A stretch of 54,804 bases of DNA. Source: a virus (Duplodnaviria; Caudoviricetes). The stretch spans positions 1 to 54,804 of IMG/VR virus record IMGVR_UViG_3300012920_000051, one strand, 5' to 3'. Each line of letters starts with the position of its first letter. Within the stretch, counting starts at the first letter, position 1. Positions 26,341 to 35,562 of the stretch are shown one piece after another. A program made the position numbers and the translations under genes. The notes beneath the pieces are model-generated. The model made no database searches and was not told where the DNA came from. It saw only the letters and a program-made list of their open reading frames with translations.

Positions 26341-27186
26341 ATGCCATCTGCGCCTAAAGGGACAGGTCTGCGCGTCAAAGGCGACCAAGCGAGTTACCGA
26401 TCAATGTCGGGTAGAACGGAGTATGTCTCTGTAAACTCTGCGGACTACCGTACTCTGCCTAGAGTAGATAACCCCAATACTGTAGACAATTTAGTGCGCG
26501 CTTCTAAGGTTCGCACACGTATTCGGCGCGAGGTTATTCTTCCTTTATTAAAGGACCTCACTGTGTTGACCGCTTACGCTAAGCTCTCGGAGTCATACAC
26601 CTCTGAGATGCTGTTGTTCCAAGAGGACATCATTAAGGCAGTGTCACGACATCTTAAGCAACAATATCGCTTGCTCCTTAATATAGACAAACAGATAGAC
26701 CGCTCTGATCCCGCACACTCTCGGCGCGTAAATCTAGCGATGGGTCAAATCAAGGCAGAGATTGAGTTTGTAAATGGGAGAGCAAGCGGGCTATATAATC
26801 GCACCCTCCGCGCACTCTCTCAGGAGATATCTAAGGACAAGCCGGACGCTATTCGCATCTCTAGGCTATTAGCGCCCGCTACATATCAGAACGTAAACCA
26901 TCACTCCCTCTCTAGGGGATTGGCTTCTATACAGCGTAGCTCTTTACAACGTGCTAGATTCAACGCACAATATCAGCTTTATGCTGAGGCCAATGTTCAA
27001 TATGTACAATGGCGATTATCAGGCAGCCATAAAGACTATGGCGGATCTGAGATATGTGAGGTCCTCGCAAACACGACAGGAAACCTCGCCTCACGCGCTA
27101 GAAGCGATAGAGGTCTTTACTTGTTATCTGAAGCGCCTCAACCTCCTCATCCAAACTGCATGTGCTCCTTAGTGCCTACAAAATAA
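26341..27186 (+). CDS. Head morphogenesis / minor capsid protein (Mu gpF, SPP1 gp7-like)
   Basis: C-terminal WRLS..H....IC...PPHPNCMCSLVP; position after the portal. Confidence 0.8.
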   Translation: MPSAPKGTGLRVKGDQASYRSMSGRTEYVSVNSADYRTLPRVDNPNTVDNLVRASKVRTRIRREVILPLLKDLTVLTAYAKLSESYTSEMLLFQEDIIKAVSRHLKQQYRLLLNIDKQIDRSDPAHSRRVNLAMGQIKAEIEFVNGRASGLYNRTLRALSQEISKDKPDAIRISRLLAPATYQNVNHHSLSRGLASIQRSSLQRARFNAQYQLYAEANVQYVQWRLSGSHKDYGGSEICEVLANTTGNLASRARSDRGLYLLSEAPQPPHPNCMCSLVPTK

Positions 27187-27188
27187 AT

Positions 27189-27217
27189 TTGCTAAGCCTA
27201 TCAGAATCGTGTATTAT
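27189..27217 (+). promoter_or_regulatory. Promoter class A: TTGCTA-N17-TATTAT
   Basis: AAATAAATTTGCTAAGCCTATCAGAATCGTGTATTAT. Confidence 0.8.
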
Positions 27218-27335
27218 ATGTTTATGAAAAACGTCTAATAACTTAAATAAAGTTAATCGTTGCTCATAAAATGTTTGATAAAGATTTGTCCGATATGGTA
27301 CGTCTGAGGCGTTTCTGTATATGAATACAACGCAG

Positions 27336-27364
27336 AGTTTCCGAAAACTATGCTTGAATCTGTA
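27336..27364 (+). promoter_or_regulatory. Motif B copy
   Basis: AGTTTCCGAAAACTATGCTTGAATCTGTA. Confidence 0.8.
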
Positions 27365-27447
27365 TGTTATGTTTCTAAAAAAATCTTTGACTTTACAGGA
27401 CTCCCTCATATTATAGAAGTAGTCCTATCCACTCAAAGGAGCTTATC

Positions 27448-27672
27448 ATGTCACGAGGACCATCACTTAACGCGCAAAACGCACCGTCCGTAGCACCCGT
27501 CGAAGGAATGAACACTGAGGTTGGGGGCAACCGAGGCAACGACATGGCCATGAGCGTGCCAAACGTCCCGCGCACTCGTACCCAGGCTCAGGTTCCAGGC
27601 GGCGCGCAGATTCTCTCGAACGGCGCAGACGGTATGGAGCGTGCGATGCCACGCATTAGCCAAATCCGCTAA
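27448..27672 (+). CDS. Small hypothetical head-module protein
   Basis: AAGGAG RBS; 74 aa; predicted disordered. Confidence 0.7.
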   Translation: MSRGPSLNAQNAPSVAPVEGMNTEVGGNRGNDMAMSVPNVPRTRTQAQVPGGAQILSNGADGMERAMPRISQIR

Positions 27673-27709
27673 GACCTAATTTATATCCGCTACCCTGTAA
27701 GGAAACAGA

Positions 27710-28438
27710 ATGTCCGACACGCCAAACACTACAGAGCAGACCCCGAACGACAATGCAGAGCAATCTGCACCTGTCACAAACGACACTGATACAATCACTC
27801 GCCAAGACCTCATTGATGCTGTTGAGAAGGCTCGCCAACAAGAAAAAGATAAGCTGTACTCTCGATTAGAAGACCTCGATTCTTCTAGAGAACAACTTAA
27901 CTCTAAGCTTGAAGAGTCGGCCGAAATGCTTCGCGTTCTTATGCAAGAGCGCGATGACGCCAAAAAGCAGCTTGAGGAAAAGGCACTTGAAGAGTTGTCT
28001 GCTGAAGAGAAGGTCGCACAGCGACTTAAAGCCCTTGAAGAAAAAGAGGCTTCTCTCCAATCACAACTTGAGCAAGTTGCTACTGAGGCGGCGATGAGGG
28101 TTCGCGAATCGGAGCTAAAGCTCTACCGCGCTAACAGACTCGCTGAAGTGGGTCTAACGCTAACCGAACTCGTATCAGGCTCTAACGAACAAGAGATTGA
28201 TGAAAGTATACAACGCGCAAAACAACGTGAGGACGCGATCTTCGCCAAGGCAAGAGAGTCTGTTAAGGCAGAATTCGCTAATAACTTGCCCAAGCCGTCC
28301 TCACCTGCGCCTCTTGAGCCCGCTAAGGACTCTGCTCTCGTTGATCCTCGTAAAAAGTTTGAGCTTGCGAATCTTTCTTCACAAGACTTTAACCGACTTA
28401 AAGCAGAGCTCCTCGAGAGGGCTCGCTCTAACTCTTAA
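27710..28438 (+). CDS. Capsid scaffolding protein
   Basis: Acidic coiled coil with EKARQQEKDKLY; directly upstream of the major capsid gene. Confidence 0.85.
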   Translation: MSDTPNTTEQTPNDNAEQSAPVTNDTDTITRQDLIDAVEKARQQEKDKLYSRLEDLDSSREQLNSKLEESAEMLRVLMQERDDAKKQLEEKALEELSAEEKVAQRLKALEEKEASLQSQLEQVATEAAMRVRESELKLYRANRLAEVGLTLTELVSGSNEQEIDESIQRAKQREDAIFAKARESVKAEFANNLPKPSSPAPLEPAKDSALVDPRKKFELANLSSQDFNRLKAELLERARSNS

Positions 28439-28457
28439 TTCCTTACAGGAGTAAATC

Positions 28458-29534
28458 ATGCCCGTATCAGGCTACGCAGCATCAGGTGCTAATTACGCTA
28501 CTAGCGTTATCCAACAGACCGCTAACGAGCTTCACCCATTCTTAGACGTATACTCGCTACAAGCCCTCCATGAGGCTCGTGGCGTAATGATGTATGAGAA
28601 CTTCGCTACTCGTCGTCTCGACCTTAGCGCAGGACCCGGACAGACCATTAAGTTTGTCACTTACGCAGACATCACTCGAGGAACTGAGCTCACTGAGGGT
28701 ACTAACCTCACTACTAAGAGCATCGCTTCAAGCGTTAAGAGCATTAGCGTCACTGAATGGGGTAACGCGATCTCTGTCTCTGAGAAAGCGCTTCAGTTGT
28801 CTTTCGATGAGCTCATGACTGAGAGCTCAATCCTCCTTGGACGTGATTATGCGATCACCCGCGATCTCTACCTCCGCGATAAGCTCGTCTCAGGCTTCAC
28901 CAACGTCATCTATGGTGGCGAGAAGTCTGCCCAAGCGAACGTCACGTCTGCAGACACTTTTGGTGTTGAAGAGGTCATGAATGGTGTTCTTGAACTTCAG
29001 AGCAAGAACGTCCCTAAGTTCAATAATGACTATTATGTGTGCTTCGTACACCCACGACAGGCGAGCTATCTAAGGCGCGACTCACAGTGGCAGAACGCAA
29101 ACCACTACAAGAACGACGCGCGCGCTCTCTTCAAGGGTGAGATTGGTCGCTTTGAGGACGTGATCTTCATCGCCACTACTCATCAAGGTAACGGCGCGGC
29201 TGGTTCACTCGCGGCACAAGGTGCAAATAACGCTGAGGCAAAGGTTCAGGCGGCTACGCTCCAACAAACTGCACCGGGCTATGAGCTTCTCCTTGATGGC
29301 GACGCTACTCACGGCGCAGGTGACGCCACCGCAGGTGGCGGTGATTCAGGTATTGATCTCTTCCGCGCTACTATGTTTGGTGACCAGGCATTCGCGCTCG
29401 CAGACTCTCTCCCTGTAGAGCTCCGCGACAACGGCGTAGAGGACTTTGGACGTAAGCACAGCCTCGCGTGGTACGCGATCTGGGGATGTGGCGTTCTCAA
29501 TGAGACTCACGGCGTCCACATCATCACTGCCTAA
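28458..29534 (+). CDS. Major capsid protein (N4-gp56-like family, HK97 fold)
   Basis: PGQTIKF..Y, LTEG, EWGNAI.VSE, YVCFVHPRQ...LR, GEIGRFEDV.FI and DFGRKHSLAWYAIWG motifs. Confidence 0.92.
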   Translation: MPVSGYAASGANYATSVIQQTANELHPFLDVYSLQALHEARGVMMYENFATRRLDLSAGPGQTIKFVTYADITRGTELTEGTNLTTKSIASSVKSISVTEWGNAISVSEKALQLSFDELMTESSILLGRDYAITRDLYLRDKLVSGFTNVIYGGEKSAQANVTSADTFGVEEVMNGVLELQSKNVPKFNNDYYVCFVHPRQASYLRRDSQWQNANHYKNDARALFKGEIGRFEDVIFIATTHQGNGAAGSLAAQGANNAEAKVQAATLQQTAPGYELLLDGDATHGAGDATAGGGDSGIDLFRATMFGDQAFALADSLPVELRDNGVEDFGRKHSLAWYAIWGCGVLNETHGVHIITA

Positions 29535-29548
29535 TACGGAGACTACCC

Positions 29549-29899
29549 ATGACCGAAGAGAAAAAAACTCGACGTCGGCGTAAGCCTGTCGCCAAACCAT
29601 CTAAGGTCGTGGATAGTACTGTGATTTTAGAGAAGGGTGATGTCATCGGTTCTCGACAAGAGGAAGAGACATCTGCGCCTTCTGAGCTACCTCCTCCGAG
29701 CGATGCGGTAGACGCTGAAGTAATTAAAACATCAGCGTCTCGCGTGGTAGCTCATAAAGACCGCTACACTAAGATCGTGGCTATCCAAGACTGTGTTGGG
29801 CGCAACGGCGGTATTCGCGTTGACATTAAGGCGGGTCAAACCTACACTTTCCCTACAGCAGTCGCGAATTGGCTCATCTCGATAGGACGCGCTAAATAA
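29549..29899 (+). CDS. Hypothetical head-associated protein
   Basis: GGAG RBS; position after the major capsid gene. Confidence 0.75.
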   Translation: MTEEKKTRRRRKPVAKPSKVVDSTVILEKGDVIGSRQEEETSAPSELPPPSDAVDAEVIKTSASRVVAHKDRYTKIVAIQDCVGRNGGIRVDIKAGQTYTFPTAVANWLISIGRAK

Positions 29900-29911
29900 G
29901 GGAGTAGCATC

Positions 29912-30691
29912 ATGGCAGACGTAGCATCCGTAATCCTTCGTGTAAGACGCAGAATACACGATGCGACGTTTAACCAAGAAGGACTCCCTCACTACTCTGA
30001 TGAGGTCTACAGGGACGCACTAAACCGCGCCCTAGACCGCGTTAACCTTGCGCTTAGCTCTAACCATACGATAGCCATGTTGCCGACAAGAGCGGAGTAT
30101 CTTGTTGAGTTACGGACTACGATAGAGATGTGCTTTATCCGAGGTGGTGAAGGTACAACAGGTGACGTTACTGATGTGCCTGAACTACCTCCGCAGGCGC
30201 TCACCCTACCGGGTGGATTTACTCAGAGTAATCAACAGATGTCCTATGAAGGGCCTCGTTTTTGGTTACGTCTCGCAGAAAGACTAGAACAAGAGTATCG
30301 CGACATACTTGATGACGTTTTAGAGGCGCTCTCTGCGGGATCTGCGATCACGATGGGTGTCATGCAACGTATGAGTCATCGAACGCGCAGGAGTATGTCA
30401 TATTTCTACGATAAGCCACTCGACGCTCCTGATATTTCTGTAAGCGCTTCGGGTAACAACGTCGTTGTTGGGTGGAATCCGTTACTCACCGAATTCTTAG
30501 AGACGTATCGCGTAGAAAGATCTCAAGACGATTTTGTCACGTTCACTGAGGTGTTCTTGACGCATAATAATCAGGATAAGTTATTCGTTGATACGGCTGT
30601 TCCTGTGGGTAACTACAAATATCGTCTGCGGGTTGTAAACACTAATGACCTTTCGTCATATAGCCCTGTCGCTCAGGTGACTGTACAATGA
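29912..30691 (+). CDS. Putative head-tail adaptor with C-terminal fibronectin III-like domain
   Basis: Synteny; C-terminal V.VGW....YRVERS...FVD...YKYRLRVVN....S.YS FN3 pattern. Confidence 0.7.
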   Translation: MADVASVILRVRRRIHDATFNQEGLPHYSDEVYRDALNRALDRVNLALSSNHTIAMLPTRAEYLVELRTTIEMCFIRGGEGTTGDVTDVPELPPQALTLPGGFTQSNQQMSYEGPRFWLRLAERLEQEYRDILDDVLEALSAGSAITMGVMQRMSHRTRRSMSYFYDKPLDAPDISVSASGNNVVVGWNPLLTEFLETYRVERSQDDFVTFTEVFLTHNNQDKLFVDTAVPVGNYKYRLRVVNTNDLSSYSPVAQVTVQ

Positions 30692-31143
30692 AGGGCATGT
30701 TAAGAAACCAACTTGAGAAGTCTACCAACGACTTTCTTGAGAGATATGGCCGTAAAATTGATTACTACAGGTACTCATCTGTAGCAGACTATGCGTCTCC
30801 TTATAGACAGCGTAAGAAGCAATACGCCGACGTTCCTATACAGCTCCAATGCACTGTGCAGGAGCTCATCGAGACGGACGCTCACTCTCCGATTGGGAAT
30901 GCAAAGCTTAAGACCTTTAAGCTGTGTACGACGCCTAAGCACATCAAACTTGCTTTCCACCCATTGGACTACGACGATCCTAGATTAGACTTAGATCCAT
31001 CTCTCATTATATCTACTAAAGACAAAATGATTATCAATGGAACAGACTGTCGTATGTATGCAATAGAGCGACATGCCGATGATAACGGCGGTCCTATTTG
31101 GTACATCATTAAGGCGAGAGAGACGGTGGAAAATGGGAATTGA
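30688..31143 (+). CDS. Putative head-closure / neck protein
   Basis: Synteny and size. Confidence 0.6.
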   Translation: MKGMLRNQLEKSTNDFLERYGRKIDYYRYSSVADYASPYRQRKKQYADVPIQLQCTVQELIETDAHSPIGNAKLKTFKLCTTPKHIKLAFHPLDYDDPRLDLDPSLIISTKDKMIINGTDCRMYAIERHADDNGGPIWYIIKARETVENGN

Positions 31144-31489
31144 ACCATCGCCATCTAGAACCGACATAGCCGGGGCTATGCGGAAAAAGTTATATAAAAC
31201 TATACTAGAACCTATACCGTCGCATATTCGGAAGCTCACCTTGTCGCAGAAGCCTTTTTTTGGCAACACGCCTGAAGGCCAATTTTTGCGTAACAACATG
31301 AAGATTTACCCCAAGAATAACAGCTTTACTGTTGGGTTCAACATGAGCGCTAAATTAGGCGACCGATCCATGTCTCAGGTTATTGGTGATGTTCAATCGA
31401 ATGGTATTAATGTTAGAGACGTCCTTGAGCGGTATACCCGAAATGTCCTGATACCTCAGCTTAAGCGCCGTATAAAGCGAGGACGATAA
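31133..31489 (+). CDS. Putative neck / tail-completion protein
   Basis: Synteny; basic; contains a motif B copy. Confidence 0.6.
   Translation: MGIEPSPSRTDIAGAMRKKLYKTILEPIPSHIRKLTLSQKPFFGNTPEGQFLRNNMKIYPKNNSFTVGFNMSAKLGDRSMSQVIGDVQSNGINVRDVLERYTRNVLIPQLKRRIKRGR
31188..31216 (+). promoter_or_regulatory. Motif B copy (intragenic)
   Basis: AGTTATATAAAACTATACTAGAACCTATA. Confidence 0.75.
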
Positions 31490-32184
31490 TGGCTAAGACT
31501 TTCCCGCAAATCGAAGAAGCATTTATTAATGTATTCTCAGGAATCACAATAGATGACATGGATGGCGCAACTATAGCGCCTTCATTCTTTGTAGATGTTC
31601 CCGACGTAGAAGAGGTATCTAAGCGAAAGTTCCCCGCGATTACGATTGATCTACAGACGGTCACTCATGAGGTTGAGATGGAGACATCGGAATATGAGGA
31701 CATTGTAGAGTATAATATCGTAGACGATACAATCACTACCCGAAGAAAATCGCATTGGTATAGAATTGCCTACAATGTGCATGCTTGGAGTCTTTACGCG
31801 CTCCAAGACCGAGAGCTCTGTCGTAAGATCGAAAACCGACTCGCCCCTAGAGACGGACTTACCGTAGACGATGAGCGCTATTGGGTATTCCGACAAGACT
31901 TTAATGTCGAAGATGACAACTCAATTCCCGATCAGATGCTCTACCATAAAAGGTGGACTTTTGAAATTTTAGCAGATATAGATAATACAGACACAGATGT
32001 GACAACGAAGGCTGTTAAAGAAGTACATCTTGAGAGCTACACTGTGCGAACCAAGCCATTTGGTGATGAGATCGCTCCTGTTGATGATCGAGGTACTCGC
32101 GTAAACGCAGTAGACGCCGTGAGACACTTGCACAGAGAGATAAGATTCAATCATTTAACTTACTGGTTCCAACCGGAGGATTAA
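31489..32184 (+). CDS. Putative tail terminator / sheath-cap protein
   Basis: Directly upstream of the sheath; FPAITIDL and Y.V..W....QDR pattern. Confidence 0.65.
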   Translation: MAKTFPQIEEAFINVFSGITIDDMDGATIAPSFFVDVPDVEEVSKRKFPAITIDLQTVTHEVEMETSEYEDIVEYNIVDDTITTRRKSHWYRIAYNVHAWSLYALQDRELCRKIENRLAPRDGLTVDDERYWVFRQDFNVEDDNSIPDQMLYHKRWTFEILADIDNTDTDVTTKAVKEVHLESYTVRTKPFGDEIAPVDDRGTRVNAVDAVRHLHREIRFNHLTYWFQPED

Positions 32185-32185
32185 G

Positions 32186-34081
32186 ATGGCTTACAACACT
32201 CCCGGAGTATTTATCAATGAGGAGACTCCTCAACTCACTCCCCTAATTACCGCAGGCACTGGTGTCGCGGGATTCTTGGGCTTCTCTACACGAGGCCCAT
32301 CTCAATTGGCGGTCGCTCTTGATTCCTATGAGGATCTTCTTCGCACTTTTGGCGCGCCTTACACCGACGAGAGCACTTTTAACTCTGTTAAGATGTTCTT
32401 TGAGAACGGTGGTAGCCGGGCGTACTTCGTGCGACTCTCAGACTACGATGTCGCAACAGGCGCTGAGAACGCTGATGCGGCGTCTACTGAGGTCGCGACA
32501 CAACAAGCAGGCGCACTCACCATTAAGGCAGGCTATCGCGGTAACGAGAGCGTCGGTACCGAAGGCAACAGCCTGTATGTACAGCTCACAGAGAACCCGA
32601 TGCACCCAAGTGCTGGACGTGGGCAAGATTTGGTTACAGATTTGACCGCGGGTAATGACGTGGTTGAACTTAGTGGCCTTATTGGTATTCGCGCGGGTAC
32701 GCTACTTAAGTTCTTTACAGATGATTCAAATAACGACAGCACAATAGGCGATGATACTACTGAGTATCACGTCGTTCGTCGTGTAGAGTCTCGCCTTGAA
32801 TCAGGAGTTATTAAGCACTACGCTTACCTTGAGACTACAATCGTCGCTGCAACAGCATTTAAGGCTGCGACTACTACTGTTGAATCTGTAGAGTACGACG
32901 TAGCTGTCTACAACGCGACAAGCGAGCTCCTTGAGAGCTACAGCCAACTCAGCCTCTCTGAGAGCGCGGACAACAACATGCTCGCGATCATCAACGACTC
33001 AGAGCTTGGAAGTCGTTTCATCACCCTTGCCTACGCTCCTAACGCGGCAGACAAGGGCGCGCTTGATGTCACAGAGACCATCTTGACCTCTCAGGTACAG
33101 CTCTCAGGCGGCACCGCTGAGAACGCAGGTGCGACCTCTGCGATGTTCGCGGGCAGTGAGGCTCTTGGTAAGGGTATTCATGCGTTCGACGCAATCACAG
33201 AGCTTAATATCATCTGTGCGCCTCCTACACTGAACCCTACAACGAACACTTGGAGTATTCAGGGTACTGCCGTGTACCACTCACTGCTCCTTCAGTATGC
33301 TGAGGGCCGTATGGACGTATTCGCGATCCTCGATCCTGCGATTGGAAAGACCACTACAGAGATTAAGCAGTATCGCGAGACATCTCTTGGTGTTGATACA
33401 CCTTGGGGTGCGCTCTACTACCCATTCCTTAAGATCCAAGACCCTGAGCGTCCACAGAGCTCGGCAACTATCCTTGTTCCACCAAGCGGTGCTGTCGCTG
33501 GGTGCTATGCTCGCGTTGATGCGCTCCCCGCTCCTGATGGTGGTGTAAGCGCGGCAGCAGCAGGCGTAGGCATCAACGGCGTTGTCCGTAATGTTGTTGG
33601 CCTTGAGATTCCTGTATCTGATAAAGAGCAAGCGCTGTTGAACCCTGTAGGCGTCAACTGTATTCGCCGTTTGGTTCGCGCGAGTGGCTCACAGGGCATC
33701 TTCATCTACGGTGCTCGTACACTGTCTACAGCGGCTCACATGAAGTATATCCCCATGCGCCGTACCATGACTTACATCGAAGAGACTGTACGCCTTAGCT
33801 CACAATTCGCAATCTTCAAGAAGAACGGCCCTGAGATCTGGAGTCGCCTTTCTTTGTTGATTGATACATTCCTTCGCGACTTTTGGGAGGAAGGCAATCT
33901 CAAGGGGGCATCTCCTGCGGAGGCGTTCTTTGTCACGATTGACTCAACAACGACCACTGCGGTAGATATTGAGAACGGTATCATTCGTGGTAAGATTGGT
34001 GTGAGCCTTTTCCGACCAGCAGAATTTATCGTATTCACATTCACTCAGGCACAATCTGGGTCTAGCGTAGAGGAGATTTAA
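32186..34081 (+). CDS. Contractile tail sheath protein
   Basis: TPGVFINE, FFENGG..AY.VR, ALYYP, VPPSGAVAG, LNPVGVNCIR, GARTLS and PAEFIVF motifs. Confidence 0.95.
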   Translation: MAYNTPGVFINEETPQLTPLITAGTGVAGFLGFSTRGPSQLAVALDSYEDLLRTFGAPYTDESTFNSVKMFFENGGSRAYFVRLSDYDVATGAENADAASTEVATQQAGALTIKAGYRGNESVGTEGNSLYVQLTENPMHPSAGRGQDLVTDLTAGNDVVELSGLIGIRAGTLLKFFTDDSNNDSTIGDDTTEYHVVRRVESRLESGVIKHYAYLETTIVAATAFKAATTTVESVEYDVAVYNATSELLESYSQLSLSESADNNMLAIINDSELGSRFITLAYAPNAADKGALDVTETILTSQVQLSGGTAENAGATSAMFAGSEALGKGIHAFDAITELNIICAPPTLNPTTNTWSIQGTAVYHSLLLQYAEGRMDVFAILDPAIGKTTTEIKQYRETSLGVDTPWGALYYPFLKIQDPERPQSSATILVPPSGAVAGCYARVDALPAPDGGVSAAAAGVGINGVVRNVVGLEIPVSDKEQALLNPVGVNCIRRLVRASGSQGIFIYGARTLSTAAHMKYIPMRRTMTYIEETVRLSSQFAIFKKNGPEIWSRLSLLIDTFLRDFWEEGNLKGASPAEAFFVTIDSTTTTAVDIENGIIRGKIGVSLFRPAEFIVFTFTQAQSGSSVEEI

Positions 34082-34083
34082 TA

Positions 34084-34548
34084 ATGGCTACAACGCTTCT
34101 TAGAAATTTCAAATTTAAGGTCACTGTTGGTAACTTGGGCGTTATGGGCTTCCAGAAGTGCTCAGGACTTTCTTCATCTGTAGAGGTCATCGAATACCGT
34201 GAGGGCGGCGACGCGATCACTACTCGTAAATTCCCTGGACAGGTGTCGTTTGGTAACATCACGCTCGAGCGCGGAATGCTTTCCGATAATCAGAGCTTGC
34301 GTAATTGGCTTGAAAGTATCCTTGATGTGGAGACTACCCAAGCGAGCACAGCTGCGCCTACTCGTCAATCGCTTACTATCGAGGTTCTCGACAACTCAAA
34401 TCAGGTAGAGCGCACGTTCCGCATCAAGCGTGCCTTTGTAGCGTCTCGCGAGATCACCGATCTTGACGCAACAGGCAACGAGATCCTCATCGAGACTTTA
34501 GAGATTGCTCATGAGGGCCTCAAAGAGGAAAACATCGGCACTCGCTGA
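34084..34548 (+). CDS. Tail tube protein (T4 gp19 / Afp1-like)
   Basis: NFKF.V, GFQ.CSGL, YREGG...RKFPG, ITLERG and LDATGNEILIETLEIAHEG motifs. Confidence 0.93.
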   Translation: MATTLLRNFKFKVTVGNLGVMGFQKCSGLSSSVEVIEYREGGDAITTRKFPGQVSFGNITLERGMLSDNQSLRNWLESILDVETTQASTAAPTRQSLTIEVLDNSNQVERTFRIKRAFVASREITDLDATGNEILIETLEIAHEGLKEENIGTR

Positions 34549-34550
34549 TA

Positions 34551-34579
34551 AGTTATATAAAACTACCCTTGAACATGTA
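34551..34579 (+). promoter_or_regulatory. Motif B copy
   Basis: AGTTATATAAAACTACCCTTGAACATGTA. Confidence 0.8.
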
Positions 34580-34590
34580 ATAGGATTGTA

Positions 34591-35403
34591 ATGATACCTT
34601 CAAATACAGTAATACTCCCTGTCGGCATTGAGAAAGACGGGAAAATATACCGCAAAGTCACAGTAAGCGAAATGAACGGCTTTGATGAAGAGAACATGTC
34701 TACGCCTGCCGTAAGGAAAAACGGCGCTAAAGCTCAAAGCATCTTACTGCGCCGTTGTATTCAAGAGATTGAGGGTCTTGTGCCTCTTAAGACTCGCCCG
34801 AACCTCCTGATTGACGAGAGCATTGTCCGATCCATGTGTTCATATGATCGAGACTTTTTGTTCTTTAACATCAGGATGATTGGCGGTGTTGAGGATGTTG
34901 AATTTATCGCCGAATGTCCCTCTTGTTCAGCACAATCAAAGTACTCTAAGAACATCAGTGATCTCGCTGTATATGAATGGGATGACTCGGAACCTCGTTC
35001 GATCAGTATTGATCTTTCTAAGGGTATCTTTGTCGAGGGCAAAGAATACACAGAGTTTGAATGGAAATTCCTGAACGGTGAGCAACAAGAGCGAATCGCG
35101 CGACTTGACCAAAACAAGGTCATTAGCGCTTCACTATTTATGGGCTGCCAAGGCTTCCGAGGTCTTGATGATCACGTTGTCACTGAGAATGACTTCCGCA
35201 TGTTGCCTTCTCAGGCACGCATCGACGCCATGACTCAGATCGCTGAGGAGGCCCCAGGTCTTCAGACCGCGATTGAGATCGAATGTCCTCACTGCTCGTA
35301 TGAGTTTGAGCACATGTTAGACGTCTCCCTTTTTTTCGAGCCGAAGGCGAAACCGAAGAAGAAAGATCCAAAGCGTACGAAGAAGCGTCGCTTAAGACGC
35401 TAA
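34591..35403 (+). CDS. Tail assembly chaperone (gpG analogue; two CxxC)
   Basis: Between tube and tape measure; LP.G, DRDFL, CPSC and CPHC...FF motifs. Confidence 0.8.
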   Translation: MIPSNTVILPVGIEKDGKIYRKVTVSEMNGFDEENMSTPAVRKNGAKAQSILLRRCIQEIEGLVPLKTRPNLLIDESIVRSMCSYDRDFLFFNIRMIGGVEDVEFIAECPSCSAQSKYSKNISDLAVYEWDDSEPRSISIDLSKGIFVEGKEYTEFEWKFLNGEQQERIARLDQNKVISASLFMGCQGFRGLDDHVVTENDFRMLPSQARIDAMTQIAEEAPGLQTAIEIECPHCSYEFEHMLDVSLFFEPKAKPKKKDPKRTKKRRLRR

Positions 35404-35558
35404 AGGCACTCACCCGCCTAGTCGTCGCCTTTGCAGAGCGATGGCATTGGACACGAGAAGATACCTTGAGTATTCCTCTGTCTCAGCGTAAGTTGTACTA
35501 TGACCTTTATGAAGAGATAGTAACAAAAGAGCGTCAAGAGATGAGCAGAAAGAGGTGA
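35331..35558 (+). CDS. -1 frameshift extension of the chaperone (gpGT analogue; DUF6760-like HW motif)
   Basis: Slippery T-TTT-TTC at 35331-37; the -1 frame is open to TGA 35556-58 and encodes ...LVVAFAERWHWTREDTLSIPLSQRKLYY... Confidence 0.75.
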   Translation, partial: FFRAEGETEEERSKAYEEASLKTLKALTRLVVAFAERWHWTREDTLSIPLSQRKLYYDLYEEIVTKERQEMSRKR

Positions 35559-35562
35559 TGTC

